Shown one piece after another: positions 57,085 through 64,000 of a DNA stretch of 64,000 nucleotides. The notes below the pieces were generated by a model. The model did not search any database. It was not told the DNA's origin and worked only from the letters and a program-made list of their open reading frames with translations. Position 1 is the stretch's first letter. The number at the start of each line of letters is the position of its first letter. Made by a program: the position numbers and the translations under genes. Origin of the DNA: Candidatus Omnitrophota bacterium (GTDB lineage Bacteria > Omnitrophota > Omnitrophia > Omnitrophales > Aquincolibacteriaceae); NCBI GenBank assembly GCA_043803685.1, contig JAZDJU010000037.1:169518-233517 (forward strand). Direction: 5' to 3'.

Positions 57085-58140
57085 TCAAACCGTCGCCCTC
57101 AGGAGCGGAACCTTCCGGATCGCGAGGACGATGAGATAGGAGCAGAGATAAATGACAAGAGCGGTCACGGGAATGGACCAGGCGGGGTGGCCTGTGTTGG
57201 CATTCAGGACAAAACCCAGCCGCCCGTGGTTGAAGATATCGATAAAGACAGGATGGATCAGATAGATCCCGAAACTCGCCGCGGAAAGACTGCGCAGGAC
57301 TTGCTTCACGCCCGCGCTCCACCGCGTTTCAAGCCGCGACACAGTTTTTTTCGCGATCACAAAAAGACTCGCGGCATACAGAACGATGTTCGGCGCCAGG
57401 TTGTCATAGACGAGCGCCGGGAACTGGTTGGCATGAAACACCACCCAACCGGAGCCCAGAAAACAAATGAGGAAAGCCGCGAACCACAAAAGCCCGGCCT
57501 TCCTTATAGAGGAAGGCTCGGATCCTTTCAGGAGCGCGAAGCCGAGAAGGAAATAGCCGAGAAAGCCCTGGGCCATCTCGACGGGGATCCGGAACCGGAG
57601 GCCGGTGTGAAAAAAAAGGCTGTCTAGCCGCGCCCAACAAGGGACGAGCGAGCCGACCAGAAAACAAAGCCCGAGAAAATAAAGCAGGTCCCTCCGCGTG
57701 GCATGCGCCGTAAAGACACGCAGGAGCGGGGTCACAAGATAAAGGCCGGTGATCAGATAGAGAAACCACAGATGGAAGTGGACTTCCCCGCTCGCGATCC
57801 GCTTCGCCGCTTCCGGGAGGCCTAGAGACGGCTCCTGAAAATATTTGCGCCACAGCAGATAAAAAACGGTCCAGGCGATGAAAGGGATCGCGATCCTTTG
57901 AAAGCGTTTGCGGAAAAAGTCGCGGTAGCTTTCGGTCCGGGGAAGAAGCAGGGCGCCGCTTATCATCACAAAAACGGGGACTGCACCCCGCGCCAGGGAA
58001 TCATAAAAATTCGCGGCCCACCACCCGCTCGCCGGCACGGATCGCCATTCCGTGATGATGTCCGCCGCCACGTGGACGACCACCACCGCCGCCATGGCGA
58101 AAACGCGAAGCACATCGACCCAAAGATATTTTTCTTTCAT
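57085..58140 (-). CDS. Acyltransferase-3 family (WecH/YiaH-like) surface polysaccharide O-acyltransferase
   Basis: WVDVLRV, VVVVHV, AVPVFVMISG, FHLWFLY, SFGIYLIHP. Confidence 0.9.
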   Translation of the reverse strand: MKEKYLWVDVLRVFAMAAVVVVHVAADIITEWRSVPASGWWAANFYDSLARGAVPVFVMISGALLLPRTESYRDFFRKRFQRIAIPFIAWTVFYLLWRKYFQEPSLGLPEAAKRIASGEVHFHLWFLYLITGLYLVTPLLRVFTAHATRRDLLYFLGLCFLVGSLVPCWARLDSLFFHTGLRFRIPVEMAQGFLGYFLLGFALLKGSEPSSIRKAGLLWFAAFLICFLGSGWVVFHANQFPALVYDNLAPNIVLYAASLFVIAKKTVSRLETRWSAGVKQVLRSLSAASFGIYLIHPVFIDIFNHGRLGFVLNANTGHPAWSIPVTALVIYLCSYLIVLAIRKVPLLRATV

Positions 58141-58459
58141 GAGCGTATCTTTTCAAAGTAAGGCGAAACTTCGCCGCCGTCCAAGCAGTCGAAAATTCCA
58201 GGACTCAATCATCCACTTCTTTCAGCGGGGTTTCAACGGATTTCTTGGCGAAAAGCAGAAGATCGAGGGAAAAATTGATGAAAAGGATTATCTTTGATAG
58301 GCTATGGGCGCGCGAGGCCTGATCGAACGCTTGAAGTATGGATCCGCGCGCGATCGAACCGCGGTCAACTATGGAGAGCGAATGAAGATCTTCTCGAAAA
58401 TATTCCCCCTGCCCCGCACCTTCGGTCTCATCTCGCCCCAACAGATCTCCTCCCGGTCC

Positions 58460-61400
58460 ATGAAAAATCTCATTCTGATCTGTTTTTTTATTTCGGGGGC
58501 TTGCGGGTTGATCTATGAGATCGCGTGGCTTCGGACGCTCGGACTTATTTTCGGGAATACGACTTTCGCGACAAGCGCCGTCCTGGCGGGTTATATGGCG
58601 GGACTGGGACTCGGCGCGTTCTGGTGGGGCCGACGGGCCGATCGCCAGGAACACCCCGTCAAGATCTACGCCTGGCTTGAGGCGGGCGTCGGGTCCTACG
58701 CGCTACTCACCCCGCTCATCTGGATCCTGATCGACCTGCTGACGATCGGTTTCTACCGGTTCATTTCTCCCTCTTTTGTTCCGGCCCTCATCTTCAAATT
58801 GATCGTCGCGTTTTTGGCGCTCCTTGTTCCTTCGTTCCTGATGGGAGCCACGCTGCCTGTGATCTCCAAATATTTTGTGCGCCATGAACAAGAAGTCGCC
58901 AAACAGGTCGGACTCCTTTACGGGCTTAACACGTTCGGGGCCATGGTCGGAGTGCTCGTAAGCGGCTTCTTCGCGATCGAGATGCTCGGTGTCCGGGAAA
59001 CCGTTTTTCTTGCCGCGGGAATGAATTTTCTGGTGTTTTTCCTTTGCTCGTACTTCCAGAGCTCCGCCGGAGATGCCGGACTTTCCGCGCCGGAAAAAGT
59101 CCAGTCTGCGGGATCCCCGGAGGCGGCATTCTCGCCTCTTGTCATCCGTCTGCTCCTGGCCGCCTTTGCCGTCTCCGGCGCTGTTTCCATGATGTATGAA
59201 GTGGCCTGGACACGGGTCCTCGCGACCGTCATGGGAAGTTCCGTCTATGCCTTTTCCATTATGCTCGCGACTTTTCTTCTAGGGATCTCTCTGGGAAGCT
59301 ACGGATTCAGCCTGGCCGCCAAAAAACTGAAGATCGATCTTTCCGTTTTTTCATTGTTCCAGATGCTCACCGCCCTCACCGCGATCCTGGGTATCTTTGT
59401 CTTCCAGGATATGCCCTATTACTTTTTGCAGATCTATGCTCGCGCGTTGGGTTCGGAATTTCTCCTCAATCTCGGCAAGTTCGCCCTTTGCGCAAGCGTA
59501 ATGTTGTTACCCACGGTGGCGATCGGCGCGATGTTCTCCTGCTTTGTCCACGTCCTCCGGCGATCCAAACCCATCGGGCGCGAGATCGGAGAAGCTTATT
59601 TCGCGAATACGCTCGGCACGATCGCGGGCTCCATTCTCACGGGCTTTGTCATCATTCCTCTCATCGGGGCCCATCATACGCTCCTTCTGGCCGCCGGCCT
59701 GAATACCGCCATCGGCCTCTTTGCTTTCGCGATCGGAAGAACGCGTCTCCAATGGAAGCGCGTTCTTCCGGTCGTGATCTCTCTGACCTTGATCGCCGTG
59801 AGCGCGTCCTTCGTAAGGCCCTGGGACCGTGGTTTTATCGCCAGCGGCCTGGCGATCAGCCCGGATTGGGCGGTTGGAAAAACGAAAAGTCAGATCCTTG
59901 ATGCGCTGAACAAAAGGGAGCTCGCCTTCTATAAAGAAGGCTTAAGTTCCACAGTCGCGGTCCATCGCGTGAACGACGTGCTGTGGCTTTCTGTCAATGG
60001 CAAGGCCGATGCCTCTTCGGATCCCCGGGACGCTGTCACCCAGGCGCTTCTCGGCTACATCCCGATGATGCTTCACCCGGACCCCAAGAAGGTCCTGATC
60101 ATCGGATTGGGAAGCGGCTTTACTGCCACTGCCGTCGCCACGCATCCGGTCCAGCAGATCGATGTTGTTGAAATTGAAAAAGCCGTCGTGGAAGCGGCAG
60201 ATCATTTCAAGGAATTCAACCGCCACGTTCTCGCGGATCCCCGTGTCCGGCTGCATATAAACGACGGACGGAATTTCGCGCTCCTCACGCCCGAAAAATA
60301 TGATGTGGTGATCTCCGAGCCTTCCAACCCCTGGATGGCGGGAGTCGCGAACCTTTTTTCCCGCGAGCACTACCAGACCCTCCGGAAAAGGCTGGCTCCC
60401 GGGGGGATCGTCTGCCAGTGGCTCCAAACGTACTCCATGTCGCCCGAAGACCTTCGCATGGTCGTCAAAACATTTGTCACTGCGTTCCCCGAAACAAGTA
60501 TTTGGACAACCCGGCAGGGCGACCTTCTTCTGATCGGAAAAAAGGAGCCCCTGGTCCTCGATATGAAAAACGCCGAGAGGTCTTTTCAGATCTCTCAGGT
60601 CCAAAAAGACCTGAAGGACTTCAGCATTCATAACGCCGAGGGGTTCTTCTCGCACGGACTGCTTTTCCAGCCGGCGGTTTCTGTATTCGCCAAGAACGGC
60701 CGTGTGAACTCGGACGATCATCCCTTCCTCGAATTTTCAGCGCCCCGGAATCTCTATCGGTCCACGGTCGAAAAAAACGCCGCGCTTCTCGAAGGTTATG
60801 CAAAAGCCGGCACGTTCCCGGAGGTCCAGGACCTGGAACCCCCGCAGGAGAAAAATGTTTCGTTCCAGAATGCTCTCGCGCGCGGCTATCTTTTTGCGGG
60901 ATATCTTGCGCTAGCCGAAGCAGCGCTTGAAAAAGCGGTCAAGATCGGGCCGCCGGACGCTGAGACTTTTCTGCTGTTGGGGATCCTCCAATATCATCTT
61001 GAGAACCAGGGAAAAGCCTTGCGCTTTCTCAGTACGGCAGCCCGCCTCCGCCCGCAAGATCCGGAGGCGCATTACTACGCGGGACTCATCTTCCAGAGCG
61101 GCGGCCGAAACCCTGAAGCCCTTGTCGCGTTCAGGAATGCCGCTCAATTGGGCCCTCAGGAATCTCTCTATCTGACGGCGCTGGCGAACCATCTTCTTCT
61201 GTCAAAACAGGACACCGCTGCGCTTGAGATGTTCACCAAGGCGCTCGCCCTCGATCCCGGAAATGTGGAAAACTGGAGAAAGCGGACCACCCTTACGTTT
61301 CAACTCGGCACTTTAAAGGAGAAGAAATACATCTGCGAGGAGGTCTTGCGCCGGTATCCGAAATATGAGATCAATTACCAGCTTTATGGGGATCTGTTGT

Positions 61401-61609
61401 TTGAGGAAGGAAATTTCGCTGAGGCGCTCTCGGTTTATTTAAAGCTTCTTGCGCTAGCCCCCCGAGTCGCGCAATCGTACATCAATCTCGCCAAACTGAG
61501 CCATAAACTCGGCAATGCGCGGGCGACCCGGACGTATCTCCGGAAAGCCATCCGCTACAGTCCCAAGCTTGCCGAAAACCTCGATATCCAGAAAATGCTT
61601 TGGGCCTAG
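58460..61609 (+). CDS. Fused membrane (MFS-like)/spermidine synthase-like protein with C-terminal TPRs
   Basis: FFISGACGLIYEIAW.R, LYGLNTFGA, VLIIGLGSG, VEIE, DGR, YDVVISEPSNPW, TPRs. Start uncertain (58382 or 58460). Confidence 0.88.
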   Translation: MKNLILICFFISGACGLIYEIAWLRTLGLIFGNTTFATSAVLAGYMAGLGLGAFWWGRRADRQEHPVKIYAWLEAGVGSYALLTPLIWILIDLLTIGFYRFISPSFVPALIFKLIVAFLALLVPSFLMGATLPVISKYFVRHEQEVAKQVGLLYGLNTFGAMVGVLVSGFFAIEMLGVRETVFLAAGMNFLVFFLCSYFQSSAGDAGLSAPEKVQSAGSPEAAFSPLVIRLLLAAFAVSGAVSMMYEVAWTRVLATVMGSSVYAFSIMLATFLLGISLGSYGFSLAAKKLKIDLSVFSLFQMLTALTAILGIFVFQDMPYYFLQIYARALGSEFLLNLGKFALCASVMLLPTVAIGAMFSCFVHVLRRSKPIGREIGEAYFANTLGTIAGSILTGFVIIPLIGAHHTLLLAAGLNTAIGLFAFAIGRTRLQWKRVLPVVISLTLIAVSASFVRPWDRGFIASGLAISPDWAVGKTKSQILDALNKRELAFYKEGLSSTVAVHRVNDVLWLSVNGKADASSDPRDAVTQALLGYIPMMLHPDPKKVLIIGLGSGFTATAVATHPVQQIDVVEIEKAVVEAADHFKEFNRHVLADPRVRLHINDGRNFALLTPEKYDVVISEPSNPWMAGVANLFSREHYQTLRKRLAPGGIVCQWLQTYSMSPEDLRMVVKTFVTAFPETSIWTTRQGDLLLIGKKEPLVLDMKNAERSFQISQVQKDLKDFSIHNAEGFFSHGLLFQPAVSVFAKNGRVNSDDHPFLEFSAPRNLYRSTVEKNAALLEGYAKAGTFPEVQDLEPPQEKNVSFQNALARGYLFAGYLALAEAALEKAVKIGPPDAETFLLLGILQYHLENQGKALRFLSTAARLRPQDPEAHYYAGLIFQSGGRNPEALVAFRNAAQLGPQESLYLTALANHLLLSKQDTAALEMFTKALALDPGNVENWRKRTTLTFQLGTLKEKKYICEEVLRRYPKYEINYQLYGDLLFEEGNFAEALSVYLKLLALAPRVAQSYINLAKLSHKLGNARATRTYLRKAIRYSPKLAENLDIQKMLWA

Positions 61610-61674
61610 GGCTCTTTTTGAAGTAAGGCGAAAAGTTTTTTGTGTGGCGTCGTACGCTTGACGCTGGCCACACC

Positions 61675-64000
61675 TTACTTCAAGAGTTGCCTCAGGACGT
61701 ATTGCAGGATTCCGCCGTGGCGGTAGTACTCGATCTCGATCGGGGTATCAATGCGGCACACGGCTTCAAGAATCTTGTTCTCCCCGCCACAGGAAACCTT
61801 GACGGTGAGAATTTTACCCGGCTTCAGCCCCTTCGCGATGCCTTCGATCGTATAGATCTCTTCGCCGGTCAATTTAAAGGAAGCGGCGTTCTGTCCCTGG
61901 AAGAACTGAAGCGGCAAGACGCCCATGCCGATCAGGTTGCTCCTGTGGATCCGTTCGTAACTTTCAGCGATCACGGCGCGAACGCCCAAAAGCGCGGGAC
62001 CTTTGGCCGCCCAATCGCGCGAAGACCCGGAGCCGTATTCCTTACCTGCCAGGATCACAAGCGGCCGGTTCTCTTCCGCGTATTTCATGGCCACGTCAAA
62101 GATCGGCATCGCGACGCCCTTCCCTTTGTCGCCAAAGTGCTTCGTCATGCCGCCTTCCACGCCTGGCACGAGCTGGTTCTTCAGGCGGATATTGGCGAAC
62201 GTTCCACGCACCATCACTTCATGATTACCACGGCGTGCGCCGTAAGAATTGAAATCCTTGGGTTCGATCCCCTGCTCGATCAGATATTTTCCGGCGGGAC
62301 TCGACGGAGCGATAGATCCTGCGGGAGAAATATGATCGGTCGTGATCGAATCGCCGAGCACGGCCAGCACGCGCGCGCCCTTGATGTCCTTAAGGTCGGA
62401 CGGCTCGGCCGGCATTTTCTTGAAATAGGGCGGCGGCTTCACGTAAACGGACTTCTTGTCCCAGACAAAGGTGTCCCCCGCGGGAGCGCTTAAGGCACGC
62501 CACGCTTCGTTCCCTTCAAAAGCGTTCTGGTAGCGCTTCCGGAACATTGCCGGGTCCACGCTCTTCAAAGCTTCACGGATCTCTGCCGCGCTGGGCCAGA
62601 TGTCCTTGAGGTATACAGGCTTGCCGTTCTTTCCTAACCCAAGCGGATCTTTTTCGAGATCGATCATCACGGTGCCCGCGATCGCGTACGCTACCACTAG
62701 CGGCGGAGACGCAAGATAGTTCGCGCGGACCTGGGAATGCACGCGCCCTTCAAAGTTCCGGTTCCCCGAGAGCACGGACGCAACAACAAGGTCTTTTTCC
62801 TTGATCGCTTTAGAGACCGGCTCCGGAAGGGGGCCTGAGTTCCCGATGCACGTCAGACAGCCGTAGCCCACCAGATTGAATTTCAAGACTTCAAGACACG
62901 AGAGAAGTCCGCTCGCCGCGAGATAATCGGTCACAACCTGGGACCCGGGCGCGAGGCTTGTCTTCACCCAAGGCTTCACATTCAGTCCTTTTTGCAGGGC
63001 TTTCTTCGCGAGGATCCCCGCTGCCAGCATCACAGAAGGGCTCGAGGTGTTGGTGCAGCTCGTGATGGAAGCGATCACGACCGCCCCTTGCTTGAGCTCG
63101 CATTTTTCGCCGTCGATCTCGACCACCGCTTTTTTCGTGAGATCAGACTTGCTCTTCACCATCTCCGTAAGCGCTTTTTTGAAAGAGGGGTTCACTTCCT
63201 TGAGCGTCACACGGTCCTGAGGACGTTTGGGTCCGGCAAGACTCGGGACGACGTCGCCGAGATCGAGCTCCACCGTGTCGGAATAAACTATTCTTTCTTC
63301 GCCGCCTTCGCGGAAAAGTCCCTGCGCCTTCAAATAGGTTTCGGCGAGATTGATCTGCTCCTCGCTGCGTCCGGTGAGCCGGAGGAAATTAAGCGTTTCC
63401 TGGTCCACCGGGAAAAACCCGGCGGTCGCGCCGTATTCGGGAGCCATATTTGCCACCACCGCGCGGTCCGCGAGCGAGAGATCGTTTACGCCGGGGCCAA
63501 AGAACTCCACGAACTTTCCGACGACACCTTTCTTACGGAGGATTTGTGTGACGGTCAGCACAAGATCGGTTGCCGTGACGCCCCCGGACAATTTCCCTGA
63601 AAATTTAAAACCGATCACTTCGGGGATAAGCATCGAGACCGGCTGTCCGAGCATTGCGGCTTCGGCTTCGATTCCGCCGACGCCCCATCCGAGGACGCCA
63701 AGTCCATTGATCATGGTGGTGTGGGAATCGGTGCCGACGAGCGTGTCGGGATAAAGAAAGGTTTTGCCGCCGTCTTTGCGGCTAAAGATCACGGGCGAAA
63801 GATATTCGAGGTTCACCTGGTGGATGATCCCGGTCGCGGGCGGCACAACGCGGACATTCTGGAACGCCTGCTGGCCCCACTTGAGGAACTGGTAGCGCTC
63901 GCGGTTGCGCTCGAACTCTCTTGTGATGTTTTTCGCGAACGAATCGGAAGCTCCGAAAAAATCCGTCTGCACGGAATGGTCGATCACAAGATCCACGGGT
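61675..64000 (-). CDS. acnA: Aconitate hydratase A (5' end outside the window)
   Basis: [68 protein letters not shown]. Confidence 0.97.
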   Translation of the reverse strand, partial: PVDLVIDHSVQTDFFGASDSFAKNITREFERNRERYQFLKWGQQAFQNVRVVPPATGIIHQVNLEYLSPVIFSRKDGGKTFLYPDTLVGTDSHTTMINGLGVLGWGVGGIEAEAAMLGQPVSMLIPEVIGFKFSGKLSGGVTATDLVLTVTQILRKKGVVGKFVEFFGPGVNDLSLADRAVVANMAPEYGATAGFFPVDQETLNFLRLTGRSEEQINLAETYLKAQGLFREGGEERIVYSDTVELDLGDVVPSLAGPKRPQDRVTLKEVNPSFKKALTEMVKSKSDLTKKAVVEIDGEKCELKQGAVVIASITSCTNTSSPSVMLAAGILAKKALQKGLNVKPWVKTSLAPGSQVVTDYLAASGLLSCLEVLKFNLVGYGCLTCIGNSGPLPEPVSKAIKEKDLVVASVLSGNRNFEGRVHSQVRANYLASPPLVVAYAIAGTVMIDLEKDPLGLGKNGKPVYLKDIWPSAAEIREALKSVDPAMFRKRYQNAFEGNEAWRALSAPAGDTFVWDKKSVYVKPPPYFKKMPAEPSDLKDIKGARVLAVLGDSITTDHISPAGSIAPSSPAGKYLIEQGIEPKDFNSYGARRGNHEVMVRGTFANIRLKNQLVPGVEGGMTKHFGDKGKGVAMPIFDVAMKYAEENRPLVILAGKEYGSGSSRDWAAKGPALLGVRAVIAESYERIHRSNLIGMGVLPLQFFQGQNAASFKLTGEEIYTIEGIAKGLKPGKILTVKVSCGGENKILEAVCRIDTPIEIEYYRHGGILQYVLRQLLK

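Overview
Bacterial chromosomal window of about 50 genes. The gene style and repeat content suggest an uncultured lineage such as Ca. Omnitrophota (inference, not tested). Left half, mostly core genes: partial CHASE2 sensor, class II RNR nrdJ with tandem NrdR boxes, a folate-linked operon (pabB-pabC-purH-folC-mnmE), an inositol-lipid pair (ino1 + CDP-alcohol phosphotransferase), two duplicated periplasmic binding proteins before a hybrid kinase, and a complete Pho/Pst cluster with 11-bp-periodic Pho boxes. Right half, patchier and more accessory: frameshifted DUF4139 gene, circularly permuted ATP-grasp, citrate synthase, envelope-modification genes, an RhlA/PhaG-like hydrolase with a chalcone-isomerase-fold partner, two non-canonical sulfatase-like genes, fused spermidine synthase-TPR, partial acnA. 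No tRNA, rRNA, CRISPR array, transposase or integrase was recognised. The most unusual signal is non-coding: interchangeable 35-44 bp hairpin modules strung head-to-tail with 1-nt linkers at four loci. Two arrays sit inside other repeats, one is in-frame in a signal peptide and one frameshifts a small CxxC gene; removing each array restores the host sequence. Also notable are heptamer-built palindromes filling operon junctions, genes bracketed by direct repeats, and a PstB pair whose degenerate motifs all map to one composite ATP site.
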